In this document: positions 50,154 to 63,824 of the stretch, in pieces
How the letters are laid out: each line of letters begins with the position of its first letter
Position numbering within the stretch: position 1 is the stretch's first letter
Source of the DNA: Podarcis tiliguerta
Taxonomy: Eukaryota
Assembly (NCBI GenBank): GCA_965153285.1
Contig: OZ229118.1
Direction: 5' to 3' (one strand)
DNA: 64,000 nt
The notes under the pieces: generated by a model
What the model was told of the DNA's origin: nothing
Database searches by the model: none
What the model saw: only the letters and a program-made list of their open reading frames with translations
Made by a program: the position numbers and the translations under genes

Positions 50154-50154
<1 letters not shown>

Positions 50155-52023
50155 GGCAATGAAGTTTTTGTCATTTTGGTTGTCACTGGTGAGGAATCAC
50201 AAACCATAATGATGTCGGGACATAGGGCAAGTTGGGGAGAGGGTGGGGCTTGATACAGAGCTGCCATTTTTAAAATAGAAAACATGAGAGTTTCACTCCT
50301 CCTTGAAAACTTTATCCCCATTCTCCAGGGGATATGGTGCATGCTGTTTCTGTTTGTAATCTAAATTGGTTGTATTAAGTCTTCAAGTGTGTGATTGATA
50401 GGTCCCGGGTTGCAAGGTGAGATGGAAGGAAGTAGATAATTAAGCTGCTTGTGCATTATCTGGGCAGATACATCGAAAGAGCTGCTTTACTGAACAGGAG
50501 AGCACCTTATCAGATTTGTTATTGTAATGAACTGGTGATGCTTTTTATTATGCTGTGTGGCAGCTGTTAACACTCTCATAAAACATATTGCCAACCAGAA
50601 TAATGCTAAATTGCTGTTCAAACACAGCTATCTGGGAAGCCAAGGTTACCTTGATGGCACAACAGAAATAGTCCACTGATTTACTCAGGTAGCACATTTC
50701 CTTCTGTATGGTATTGACTTGGCTACATCTAATCTAGCTCTATACCTAAGAACTTTAGAGCATTTTCATAGCCTTCTGGGTTTTGTGTGTGTGATTGCCC
50801 AGTGCCAGATGCACAGCCTATTGCAATTTTACCTGCCACATCCTGAGAGTCCTGTATTAATTTCCAGCATGCACTTGACCCCTACACCTTGGCATGGTGA
50901 ACAGCAAGTCTTGGTAATGCTAAGCCAATTTTACGCGGATCTTTTCACATAACGGTTTTTGACAAAATGCAATGGGAGACCACACTGAGGAATTTTGTGG
51001 ACAAAATAAATTTCATTTCCCCTGTTAGTGTTCAGAGTTGTGTGTGACCGCAAGTGGGCATATCCGACACAGTATATGGCACCTTGGAAAGCTATGCTTT
51101 CATTTTTGATAAAATGAATTACTAGGCTTAATTAATGCAGGTAAAAACTTGTAAGCAAATGAGCAAGCCTGGAAAGTTTTTGGAAAGTATACTGAGATTA
51201 AGTGATGTTTCTAAGGCTCTGGGCCAATGGTCACTAAAGCCTAATCTCCTTGGAAATTAACCTGCATCTGAATGTGCATGATTTATTATTAAACACAGAA
51301 TTTGGGTTAAGAGAATACATGCAGTTTTGTTCTTTTTGGGCAAAGGCAATCCTTTGATGAAAACAAGAACCATTAATTGTATATTTTGATTTGCTGAGTG
51401 ACAGACTCTACTTACTAAGGATGCTCAGAAAGTTGGTTTGGCTGAGGTCCTGGTATGAGTTTTGAGGGCTCAAAAAGCTGACCTCATAGAAGAGGTGAAC
51501 ATTACAGGGCTCCTGAATTATTTTCCAGCTTGGATTAAAAAAAAGCTGCCTTACAGAAGAAAGATGTGGAATGCTATGGTTTACGACTCCATATCAGATT
51601 TTCTGGAAAATTGACCAGTGGACTTGGCATTTATGGATATTTTGACAATTTGTCATCAAGTTGATTTAATAACATTTCCCCTCTGCCTCTCTTACAAAAT
51701 ACAGAATATCTAGGTTATGCCCACTGGCCCACCCACTCTATTCATCCAGCCAATCTACCCAGTTCCCTTTAAGCAGAACTCACCTGACTGGGATGCATGA
51801 TGATTATCTAGTCCAACAGTGAAGTAAGGCAGTGAGGAAGGTGTCTTTCTTATTTCTCCTCTAGTGCACTTGGATTGAAGGTTTGACAGGGGCCTGGCAA
51901 ATTCATTTGGAAAAATAGACCAAACTATTTCTGTTTTTTTCATTAGTTCCTTCTGAGTCAATCTAGTGGAAGTCTGTGTAAAAGTTTCTAATGCTTGTCT
52001 GTCTTGCTAGAGAGCCTGTCTTG

Positions 52024-52306
52024 GAGAGCCAGTGTGGTGTAGTGGTTAAGAGCGGTAGTCACGTAATCTGGGGAACCGGGTTCGTGTCTCCACTCCTCCA
52101 CATGCAGCTGCTGGGTGACCTTGGGCCAGTCACAGTCTCTCAGCCCCACTCACCCCACAGAGCGTTTGTTGTGGGGGAGGAAGGGAAAGGAGAATGTTAG
52201 CCGCTTTGAGACTCCTTAAAGGGAGTGAAAGGCGGGATATCAAATCCAAACTCTTCTTCTTCTTCTTCTTCTTCTTCTTCTTCTTCTTCTTCTTCTTCTT
52301 CTTCTT
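52024..52306 (+). mobile_element. Squam3-type SINE with long (CTT)n tail
   Basis: Near-identical to the 2514 copy apart from a ~10-bp internal deletion and a few substitutions. Confidence 0.92.
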
Positions 52307-53469
52307 GCTAAGAGAAAAAAGTGAATTGCTGGAAGATTTTTTATTTTTGTATGTATTACAAGATAGGTATAGAACGCAATATTCATTTAATAATAAAGTA
52401 CCTAATCTTGCAATAAAGACTACATTATTACAATTTAGGAGGGAAATCTCAATAGTTAGTGTATCAGTTCCAATGATTAATGAATAACACACAAAAGTAT
52501 GGATATGTAACACTTTTGCTATATTTATGTTTCAAACTTTGCACCATAAGGGTACAGTCCTTATGCACACCTGCCTAGAATTAAGTCCAATTGAACTCAG
52601 CAGGGCTTACTTTAAGTAGATAAGTAAAGGATTGCTCTGTATATATTTTTTTGTTTGTTTTGGAATTCACAGTTATTGGTATTAATGCTTTTGATCATAT
52701 GCTCATAATTATTCATAAATTTATTGCTAAATTTCTTAAGAGAACAAGGGAATCTCAACACAAAGACCTAATGATTTCCCCGCGAAATGTAAAGCCTTTG
52801 AGAAGCCAACTAAAAAATGATGTTCAAATTGTCACTGAGCTCACCCTTTGTAAACCACATAGGAATATCTGGAGAAATTTAATGGACTACAGGAAAGAGC
52901 AGAAACACTTAAGCATTAATGCTATCTGTGAAAGTAGACAAAATTAATTTAGTAATTTGGAACGTTGCAGCATTTGAATTAAAGTTCCCTCTCAATAATT
53001 ACAAATTAGGTTGCAGAAACAGATTTGCAACTCAGCTGTGAGGATTAATCAAGTACATTATTACAAGATGCTGTTTGCGAGTAATAAAACATCATAAAAT
53101 TGAAATAAATGCAATATGTGCACGTGCGCACAAAGAAAACTAAGACAGCTCTTTTATGAGACGGATGTGTAGTGGATTAACAACACAAACTTGTGCATGT
53201 CTAAATAGAAGTAAGCCCTATTGAGTTCAACTGGACCTACTTTGTCATGTAAGGAGGCATGTACCATGAGGTTAATTATCTTGCCATGTTGTATAATAGG
53301 TAAGTTCCCCAGGCAGCCACAGCAGCACTGGAGCTGCTTGTAGTTTTACATTTTATTTATTTGTAAATGAAAAGATTTCTGTACCGCTTCTCACCAATCT
53401 GGTTTCCTATATAATAGAACAAAATCGAATAAAAAACAATAATTTTCATTTAAAGCAATAAGATCACTT

Positions 53470-53963
53470 CCAGTTCTTGACTGGACAAAGTTCAATGTGT
53501 TAGTTCTGGTATATAAAGCCCAGTACGACTTGGGACTTGGATACCTAAAATATCATCTCTCCCCTTGACCAATCACACTGCACAGTGCAGAAGAGGGTCT
53601 TCTTCAGATACCAACTCATCAAAAGGTCTGCTCCCCCCAAATAGGAATTGGGTCTTTAGTGTTATGGCACCTATCCTTTGCAATTCCTCCCCTTAAATAT
53701 TAGGCAGTTACTATCTCTGTTGACATTTTTGTGCCTACTGAAGACCTCCCCCCTTCAGCAAGCCTTTTAAACTAGAGATCTTTCCCAGTCTGCATCTGTA
53801 TTGGAATTGTTTTTAGGAGGTTTTATTATCGCTTGTGTGTTTGCCACCTTAGCTCCTTTGGGACGAAGGGCAGGAGATATAAATTTAAGTAATAATAATA
53901 ATAATAATAATAATAGTAGTAGTAGTAGTAATAATAATAGTAGTAGTAGTAGTAGTAGTAGTA
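53470..53963 (+). mobile_element. Old L2 3' fragment ending in an (AAT)n(AGT)n microsatellite
   Basis: Degenerate KFxVLVLVYKA and APxLxN-like segments, then a 3' UTR and repeat tail. Confidence 0.65.
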
Positions 53964-56742
53964 AATCTTCACTTGATCTATATCCAGCTTCCTTTTCCTC
54001 CCAAAGGAGTCTGTCACAATGACCAGCGGCTTCCTGTGAGCAGGGCCAGTTGGATGGGACTTTGTTTTATTGATTATAGTTTAGAAATTATTTATTATAA
54101 TTGTTAAGAGTGAATTTCTGTTTAATTTTTATATGCTGCTATTTAATATTATTCTGCACTATTGAATATTACTTTGTTCGATATGTTGCTTATTTTAAAG
54201 TTATGTTTTATTATCACATTTTTGTATTGGATTAGATTGTTATAAGGTGTACATTCTTTGTTTCTTCAGCTTGTAAACCACCTTGGGTATTATAAAGTAG
54301 AAAGACAGTATACAAATTAAAAGTGATGCTGCTGCTGCTGATAACCATACCTCCTTCTCAGCTGGTTGACAACTGAGATATGAGGGCAGTTGGCCGGCCC
54401 CATGTTTCCAGTGCTCAGAGGCTTACAGCCACCACTTTTGATTGCACCAGAAGGAAGCAGCTCCAACCGTGTAATGGGTTGACATGTGGCCTATAGAAAC
54501 AGTATTTTTATTTTTACCATACCATTATGGGAAGAGTATTGTTTATAGAAGTCAAAGTAAATTTGTGATTTGCTTGTCAGGCATCATTTTAAAAATAAGA
54601 ACATTTTTGGAAAGTCTAAATTTCTTCTTCATTGTGGAAACCTTCACAAAGGCATTGCAATAATCACTGTTTCTACAATATACTGCTGGTGGTATTAAAA
54701 AAAGGAACGATAACACCTGAAAGTGAAAGTAAGATAACAGGCATTATATAGAAATTGAGTATAACCGCTGGAGATATTTTCCAGAGATAAAAATGAAGCA
54801 TACAAAATGACAGTGTGGAGTCAAATTCCTAATAGATGATTGCACCATTTAAGTGTTTTTCCAATTTCCCCAGTTAAGTAGAACGTTGAAGTGGATGAGC
54901 AATTCTGTCCTGTGTGAGCTCTTTAAATCCATGCTTAAAGCTGAATAGCCTTACAACAGGAACTGAGATCAGTTGGTCCAGTTAGCAGGATCTTACAATT
55001 TGGCTTTGATGAATGCCACATGTAACTACTGATCCACAGCCCCAGGCAGAGGGTGTATTCACAGTATTCCAAGAGTCTTGCCCCATAACAGTCCATCTTT
55101 CTTGACATGGTTTACACTGAACTTTATGATGACCACTTTATGATGGCCTACTGATTTTGGAGCTCCCGATTCTGCTCTTCTTACTTGCTGGCATGGTCTG
55201 TTCACTTATTTTTTCTAAGCAAGTGACCATGATGGATGGAAGAAGAAGGAGCAGCAGCCCTGTTTCACTCTGGGTAATAATATGCGTATGGTGACCATAG
55301 AGAGAGGACAAGTCACTGGGCAACAACCCCAGTAAAGGCATGGACCTTGTCAGTGATGGGCCCAACAAGGTCAACTTGCCCAAGGGCCTCCTAAAAGATG
55401 GAACTGGCCCTGATAATTGTGCATTCTCTGGTGGTTTCTTTCTTGCAGCCTGTGTCCATCAGCTTCTGTGCACCATGTTTATGTTTATTGGATACTCATG
55501 TTTTCTCTCCCTAATGCTGTGCCAGTTCAATTTTTACTTTTTCTGTAAACCACTTTGGGGTTTGCTTTTTACAAAAAAAGCGGTGTATGAATTTTATGAA
55601 ATAAAAATAGTTAATTTGGAGGAAATGGGGAGAGTAATGGAGGGTGGGTGGCTAAGCTGGATGGGGAGAGATTCAGGAAGGACAAAAAGGACATTCTTTA
55701 TGTAACACATAGTTAAACTTATGCTAGTGATAGTCATCTGCCTAGATCACTTAAAATCAGAAAAAAAATCATGAAGATTAAAGGAATCAATGGCTCCTAG
55801 TTATGACTGATATTATGCCACTGCCAGGATCAGGGGCAACATGCCTCTGAACAGTAGTATGGGTACTAGGATCCAACATTGAAATTGTTAAGTTCTTAAA
55901 TGAAATCAGAGGCAGTGCAGCTCTGAATTCCAGCTTTGGGGAGATAACTGCTGGGATGATGGCTTGTGGGCTTTCCAGAAGCAGGTGAACATTAGAAGAA
56001 CTCTGTTAGTTCAGACCAAAGGCCTAGTTCATCAGTGTCCTGTTTCCTACACTGACCAATCAGCTATACCTATGGGGAACCCAAAACCAGGGCATGAGGT
56101 ACATCTGTCTGCCTGGTTGTTGGAAATTGTATTTTGGGAGAGATGGCCTCAAGGTCTGAACCAAGAGGGCTCTTCTTTTGTTTTTATGGTGCTGACTAGC
56201 TCAGCTTCTTTGTTCTCCCAGACCATACACGTTCTCTGCTGACTTCTGGTCGCACAACACATTTCCAAATTGTCTGTGAAAGTAACAAGATGCTGAGTTT
56301 AAGGATGTTTAGAAAATATATTTTTGTTACTGAACGTTTAAAAGACTATGCAAATGATATGAGATACCATTCAAATAAGAAACAATTAGCAAAGGACACA
56401 AAAGGTCAGCATCTGTTATTAAGATAATATGTTATGCCAAATGGTTTACATTCCATGGAGATATTCTAGCTAATCAAATTCTGCTGTGTTAGTTCAGCTT
56501 TTGATCCCTTGAAAATAACAAATAATAATCAGCATTGTAATATTAGGACTAATCTCAACTAATCATTCTTTCAGAAAGTTTCTCTTTTAAGTGATTCCAA
56601 TTGCTGCAAATTGGCCAAGATTCTTTTGTTTCACATTACTGGTTAATTGTTTGGACTTTTCATATCAAGTATTCTGTAAAAGTCTGCTGTGAATATTCAT
56701 ATATTCGCACAGTGAAAAAAAAAATAGTTTTCCTATAATTTA

Positions 56743-56890
56743 CAGTCATGGGAAAAATAAAGTATGCTCTTCGAATTCTGTGGTTTCGCATATGAGGATA
56801 TAATAACAATCATCAGCGGATCTTAAAATAGGTGTATACACCCTCCAATGAACATATTGCACTGTGTCATTTATTTAACAGCCATGTGTT
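56743..56890 (+). mobile_element. Tc1-like transposon terminal fragment
   Basis: TA|CAGTCATGGGAAAAATAAAGTA... resembles the left end of vertebrate Tc1 elements as recalled; no matching second end identified. Confidence 0.55.
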
Positions 56891-57702
56891 GTTATCCGTT
56901 AATACAGCTTAAGGTTTGGCCTTTTTACTAAGACTACATACTGACTAACCATTTTTTAAGGAATTGGGTACTGTATATGGTGCAGAAATGGCTGCACCAT
57001 TATAAAATGCCAACATTACAATCTTGACACTCCATCTTGCTTCACTGTGGTTTAAAATATTCTCTTCCGATAATGTAGCCTATTGCCAGGTGCCACAGCA
57101 AATGGACGAAGGGTCCACTTTAACTCTGTACGTAAGTGAGGACTGGATTGGCACACTATTGTACTGCAAATCCCCAAATTAGTGACAGCAAGCAAGGGTT
57201 TCACTTATATTTTGACAGCCTCTTCAAAAATGAAATGCCCAAAAGTACTAAATGGAAATAGTTTTGCTTTATGTGCATATTATCCAGTAAGAGACAGTGA
57301 CAATGAAAATGTACTCCTAACTTCTTCCTTTCACTTTCATAAATGAAAAGCAACATGCTCTGCTGTCATTAACTACCGTTAAACCAATCACTTCCATGCC
57401 TGTAACACTAAGCAATTTAATAGTAGGATGTAGGTGTTTCTTTTAAGGTACTTAAAGTGTTTGGCATCTAGTTACTTTTTGCTTCCTTAAATCAATCCTG
57501 TTAAACATATTATGTTAATAGTAGATGTATTTCTGTATGGCAGGTGGAGGACCCAAGACTATAAAAATAGTATCTTGCATAAGGCCATTTAGCGAGTGAG
57601 GTAGGATTTGAACCAGGGACTCCTGATTTCTAGCTCAGCCTCTTTGCCACATGTGGGCCACTTGTTTACCTCTATATCTGTGCACTAATTTCTAAGCTAA
57701 AA

Positions 57703-57845
57703 AGGTAAAGGACCACTGGATGGTTAAGTCCAGTCAAAGGTGACTATAGGGCACAGTGCTCATCTTGCTTCAGGCTGAGGGAGCTGGCCTTTGTCCACAG
57801 ACAGCTTTCCGGGTCATGTGGCCAGTATGACTAAACAGCTTCTGG
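57703..57845 (-). mobile_element. Older Sauria-SINE-related 3' fragment
   Basis: aaggtaaaggacc...ttccgggtcatgtggccagtatgactaa is the reverse complement of the Sauria SINE body and tail. Confidence 0.75.
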
Positions 57846-59337
57846 GCTACAACACCTGCTGGGTGGGGATGCCACAGAAAGGCAAAGAAGTGTTTGTCAG
57901 GAGTCCAGGGGGCTGGCCCTTTAAGAGTCACAATCTTTAGATAAAGGGGCAGAGTTTGGGAAAGATGGACTTGAGGCCGACACTCATCAGACCTCAGTCC
58001 TCATACAGCTTCTGCTTGCTGGAAGATATCCATGGATATTGCCTTGTACTTGTGGGTACCTGGTACAAGTGGGTCAAAGCAAACGTAACTGTCAATAGAA
58101 AAGTATTCATTAATATATTAAAATACTGTGGATTGAATACCTGGTGAAGCTTGATTGATGCTGGATCGAAGCCACAAAAGGATAGATTGGAGGAACCCAT
58201 TTTGCGTTATGATTTCATGCAGATACTATCAAAATGCACAAAGGTCTGAAGAGAAGACAATGTCACCAGGGACACTTTGGTCAGGGCTTTTGCGCTTTCC
58301 CCCATCCCCATTTTACCATCTTGCCTGAACACTACTATATTCTTTTCCACTTTTGTATTTAAAACATAAAGAAAGCAAAAGTGACCAAGTGTTTGGTTCA
58401 AGTGCTCACAACTCTTTCAGAAGCAGCATTTACCTCTTCACGTTGGATTAAGCCACTGATCATTTCACTTTTAAACAAAATAGTTGATCAATGGGAGCTG
58501 AAATCAATTGAGGTTGCTCAGGCATGTCTGAAGGCAGAATATGATCTATCTATATTTAATTAAGTAAATTGGAATGAAACCAAAGTAGATTGTTGGTTGC
58601 ACTGTCCAGGCAAGAGCAATAGTACTTCAGAAGTCATTTAGCTACAGCACTCTGGAAATCTAAGATAATAGAGCTATTGTTGGGGTTTCAACATTTATAT
58701 TGCTCATTGAAGTCCAAATTGAAAACCAGTTTTTCATGGGCTAGTTGAATGGAGACAGAAGCATGGACATTGATTCCAGTCAAAAACTATTGCAGAGGCA
58801 CTGCCTTTAAATACAAACCATTTACTTTTGTGGCACAGCATCTCTTTGATTAAAATTTCATTATGTTTGAAAGATAATTATCCTGCACTCAGTAAAGAGG
58901 AGAGTTAATTTGCATTTTATAGGGAGTTCATTTGTAATTTTTGCCATTAAGCATATCATCCTGACACTTAAAAAAATGTAGGGCTAAAATTAATACACCT
59001 TAAAAGTTTTTGATTAGTAACAAGAACAGAAAGTACTGAGTTGTGCACACAGATTTTCCACGTGGGAATTCTGAACTTTGTCTCCAGTCTATATAGCTGA
59101 ATAAGAGCTATTTGAAGATATTCCAGCAACGTAACACTAGAGATGTTGCTGGAAGTCCATCTTCCTTGACTTGGAATAGAAATTTTGGTAAATTGTAATG
59201 GTCAGCTTCTAACAGTTTATAGCAAGTAGTGTATTCCATGTGTAAGGATTAGGGTCAGCAGAATGCATTCTGCAAGGCTGGGAGCATCCTGTCCCCTTGC
59301 TATAAGAGAAGATTTCAGGAGGATGGGGAGAAGGGAC

Positions 59338-59340
<3 letters not shown>

Positions 59341-59382
<42 letters not shown>
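59341..59382. repeat. (AC)n microsatellite
   Basis: Read directly. Confidence 0.95.
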
Positions 59383-59384
<2 letters not shown>

Positions 59385-59632
59385 CTCATGCTCCAGAAAT
59401 GTTTCTTAGCTGTACTTTATAGCTGTAAGGGCTGAGATTAAGGGCTGCCTGCCTTTGTGGGGAGCATTCTTAATGTGAGCTCCTAAAATCACTACAAGGC
59501 TAGCTGCCTGGATCACTCCTCTTAGTGACTGGGGATGCACAGCAACAATTTGTTGTGTTTCAACTTACATAGAGTAATATTCAAATAGTGCCAGGCACTA
59601 GAGTTCATTAAAGAAAAAAAACACACCACATT

Positions 59633-59832
59633 ACAGTGTGGTGAAGTGGTTAAGGGTGTTGGACTTGGGCCAAGAAGATATAGGTTCAAATTCCTACTTG
59701 GTCATGAGGCTCACTAGATAACTTTGGCCTATGACTCTCTCTCTCAGCCTGGTTGTTTTGAGGATAAAATGGAGGGGAAGGAACCCCGTATCCTGCCTTG
59801 AGCTCTTTGGTGGGAAGGAGAGACATAAATGT
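59633..59832 (+). mobile_element. Old tRNA/CORE-type SINE (diverged Squam3/MIR-like)
   Basis: cagtgtggtgaagtggttaagggtgttggact...ggttcaaattcc...ggttgttttgaggataaaat. Confidence 0.65.
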
Positions 59833-60649
59833 GTCCCTATTCCCTTCCCCCATGTTTACGTAACTGTAAAAGTAACATCTGAAAAGTGCTTATGTTAGTT
59901 AGCTGTTAGAGAGAATGACAAATGTGATATGGATCTATTAGATCAAATCCAGTAATGTTTACATCCTTTTTTTGTAATTTGTACAATTTCAGTTCATTTT
60001 TTTTTCCCTGTGAAGAATTCGGCTGCATAAATCGGAGTTTTGTTTTTGCCTTTGGGCTTGCATTAAAAAGTATCCCTGGTAACAATGTTGCTGCCATTGT
60101 TGTTATAACAAGAATCTATAATTAAATTTATCTAAATGTTCTGTGCCCATGACAGTAAGCGAAGGACGAGAATAACAATTATTTTCTACAATATCTCTTG
60201 AGATTCAGTCAGCAAACGTATGCTTCAATTTTGCCTGCATTTGTCTTTGTAAAGCTGAACAGAACATGGCAGGACAGCATTTTATTGGGGGACGAGGGGG
60301 GAGAATTCCCTTGATGAGTTTTCTGGATGATAGGCCTATCATTATACACTATTTTCTCCTTTGTTTCGTTCCATTATGACAAGTAATCAACAGTCCTCCA
60401 TTTGGCATCTTATGTGCTTAGGGATGACTTGCACAATAGAAATACCTTAAAATGTCACTTACATAAAGGAGCACAAGAGTATAATTCCAGTTAAGGAAGT
60501 GAAATGGAATTTGTAGCAGAAAAGATGCTGAATCAAATTGCATGGTATCTAATTTCCAAAGATGTTGCAGCATACTGAGTAACTGCACTGTGTTAGCTGA
60601 AGCAGAATCTGGACAAGTCCATCTTCTTCCTCCTCTTCCATTTTCTTTT

Positions 60650-61175
60650 GGTAATTGCAGCTGACTGTACTTAAAACCATAGTCCTTGTCACAGTTTGCA
60701 AAAGGGCAGCATGGAGATAAAGAAACTGTGGGGTTTTGTGCTTAGCCCTGCTTTTGAGGCTTCCTCCAATGCTGGATTCTTATATATTAAACAGAATCCT
60801 TCTCTAAGTGCCTCATCTGAAGGAGGCTTCGAGGGTGATAGCAAGGAAGAGGGCCTTCTTAGTTGTAGCTCCCCATCTGTGAAATGCTTTCTCCGCCGAG
60901 GTCTGCCTTCATTGACATTGGCCAAGTAAAGACTTACTTTCCCCCAGGCTTTTGATGGACAAAACTGATACTGTTTTATTGCTAGTTTGCTGCCAAAGTT
61001 TCCTTGGGTTCTTACAAGGGAGGGAGCCCATATTGTGTGTGTGTGTGTGTGTTGTATGAAAAAGTGTTAGTGTTAATTTCCTTTCTTTGTTCCTATGGTA
61101 TAATGTATTGCTGTTTGTATTTTTATATATAAGATGCTTAATAGGTTTAATAAATGGTTAGTAATAATAATAAAT
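60650..61175 (+). mobile_element. Old L2 3' fragment
   Basis: gagggccttcttagttgtagctccccatctgtgaaatgc...aaagacttacttt resembles the L2 RAFSVxAPxLWN...LKT end. Confidence 0.6.
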
Positions 61176-61705
61176 TTGGGCTCAGGGCTACATATGTGAC
61201 ACTGCAGACCGTTTGTACCCATGTTCCTATTTTTACTTCTTTAGAATTCATAGCTACTGTTCTTGTAGCAGGCTTGTAGGAGACAAATGAACAATGTTAT
61301 ACAGCAAAAATGCCAACTCCCCTTCAGTTTTGCATTTGTCTCCTTACATGTGTACCCCTCCTATAAAAGTATTGTTAGACAGTTTCACAGCTGTAATTGT
61401 GGTGGAAATGTAGGTGTAGGATGTGTTAGCATTCAGTTTCTGAGGAATAGTTTTCAGTGTGGGTGGTGAGCCATCTCGTAAAGAGTGAATGGGGATAAGA
61501 TGCTGTTCATTGAGAAAAAGGCTGGCTTTGAATTCCAGGTGCTTATTGGTCAGGTTCCCTCTGTTGGGTTTCTCAATGGTGGTGAGCAGTGGAGCATTGC
61601 TTCAGAATGCTGTGGTGCTGAGGCCAAGGAAGCTCAAGAGGCAGCTGATGGAAAGCAGGAGGACAATATGGAACAGGAGCTGCATGACACTTTGGGGAAA
61701 GATAT

Positions 61706-62364
61706 TTGTTGTTGTTTACTCGTTTAGTCAGGTCCAACTCTTCGTGACCCCATGGAGCAGAGCATACCAGGCACTCCTGTCTTCCACTGCCTCCCCCAGT
61801 TTGGTCAAACTCATGCTGGTAGCTTCAAGAACACTGTCCAACCATCTCGTCCTCTGTCGTCCCCTTCTCCTTGTGCCCTCAATCTTTCCCAACATCAGGG
61901 TCTTTTCCAGGGAGTCTTCTTTTCTCATGAGGTGGCCAAAGTATTGGAGCCTCAGCTTCAGGATCTGTCCTTCCAGTGAGCACTCAGGGCTGATTTCCTT
62001 CAGAATGGAGAGGTTTGATCTTCTTGCAGTCCATGGGACTCTCAAGAGTCTCCTCCAGCACCATAATTCAAAAGCATCAATTCTTCAGCCATCAGCCTTC
62101 TTTATGGTCCATCTCTCACTTCCATACATCACTACTGGAAAAACCATAGCTTTAACTATACAGACCTTTGTTGGCAAGGTGATGTCTCTGCTTTTTAAGA
62201 TGCTGCCTAGGTTTGTCATTGCTTTTCTCCCAAGAAGCAGGCGTCTTTTAATTTCGTGACTGCTGTCACTATCTGCAGTGATCATGGAACCCAAGAAAGC
62301 AAAAAAAACCACTGCCTCCATTTCTTCCCCTTCTATTTGCCAGGAGGTGATGGGACCAGTGGCC
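61706..62364 (-). mobile_element. Bov-B (RTE clade) LINE, 5'-truncated
   Basis: Peptides ATGPITSWQIEGEEMEAV...EIKRRLLLGRKAMTNL...KAMVFPVVMYG and RVPWTARRSNLSILKEISPECSLEGQILKLRLQYFGHLMR...HGVTKSWT; (CAA)n tail; highly similar to 12502-13011. Confidence 0.95.
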
Positions 62365-63824
62365 AAAACCCCTTTTGTCTCAGGTCTGTGGAGTGAGACC
62401 AGGGTCGCCTCAGGACTCTGTGTTCTGCTCAGTGAATGTGCAGATGGCTGGAAGTGCCCTCAGTGAAGGGCTGATAACTGTGCCAGATCCAGATTGGAAC
62501 AGCAGTTTGCTTCTCCCTTGCCTTCTGCCTCGGTGGGCATGAATGCCAACACAGTGGATGTTGTAGTAACCCTGCCACTTCATGAAACCCCACCGCTGCA
62601 CAGCCCAGCCCACTGGGCTTTTGATTTTAGCCTTAACCTGATACTGCTTCCTTGTGCTGTGATTATGCCTTGCATATTTAGTCACAGACAATGCTATGGG
62701 CAGCCCAGGACCTCCACACACACTGCCTAGGCTTGCACCCCAAAGAAGTCACTTTAGTGCTGCTGAGGCAACTAAAACAATATGAGAGGCTGCAGTTACA
62801 AGTTACTGGTCTCTGCAGCCGCAGTGTGCACTGTGATTCTCCAGCGGTTTGACTTTGATCCTAGAGGCGCTCTCCATTGTCTCTTGAGGCAGATGGATAT
62901 TAACGACAACTGGAAAAATTAAATAAACAAAAGTGATTATGACAGTCATCATAAAAGAATGATAAATCTAGATGCCCTTCCAGCATATGTTCTGTTCTGT
63001 TGACTGTGTAATAATAATAATAATAATAATCCAGTAACTAACTAGTGTCTTTTATTCATTATTTACTTCAGCTTTATCTTCTTTGAAATTACGCCACTAG
63101 CTGTTTTATGCAGAATGAAAGCTTTCAGGTTTTACTGTAAATTTTACAAGCATGTCCCCTATTCACAGACATACCTAGGGGGTCTGTTAAAAATAATAAT
63201 TATGTACCAGTTATTCTCCAGCCACTAAAGGATTGCTGTAATTATGCTTCTTTATATAAAGTTGTAATATCTAATCATACATGAATAAGTCATACAAAAA
63301 AATATTATTGTTGTTCTTATCATCATCGTTATCATCATTATTATTGCACAATACATCCATTGTAATGTCATTTCGTGGACGTTTTCATTGTTGGACCTAA
63401 ACTGCAGAACTTAAAACATAAAATACGCAAGTGGGGAACATTCCGAAAGGAAGATAATAAAAGCATAAGTGAGGTTTCTTTAACCAGGTGCCCTCCAGAT
63501 GTTTTAGCCTACAACTCACATCGGTGCCTGCCGGCATAGTCTGAACAGCATTAGTTCTTTATGTGTTTTGATGGGGGGGGGGGTGAGGAAGAGAGGGGAG
63601 GTTAGTAGGTGCAGATATATCCCAAACTGTTGGAATTGATAATATACAGGCTCTAAGTTATTTTATCTATCAGGGCTGAATTCTTTAATATTGTGGTCTT
63701 AAGTAATGGTAGAATTAATACATTTCTACCCAGCAATCATAAAAGAAAACCACATTTGCTTCATAATAGAACCTTAAACTTACCGCAGCATAATGCTATT
63801 TTAGAAGTACGAAGTTTTCATTTA

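Noticed and set aside
61489-62259. Longest ORF (256 aa, + strand)
   Set aside because: Mostly the antisense reading of the Bov-B ORF; no splice context or host protein similarity.
62370-62910. GC-richer segment next to the Bov-B fragment, possibly another RTE-associated repeat
   Set aside because: Looks repetitive, but I cannot assign a family or boundaries with confidence.
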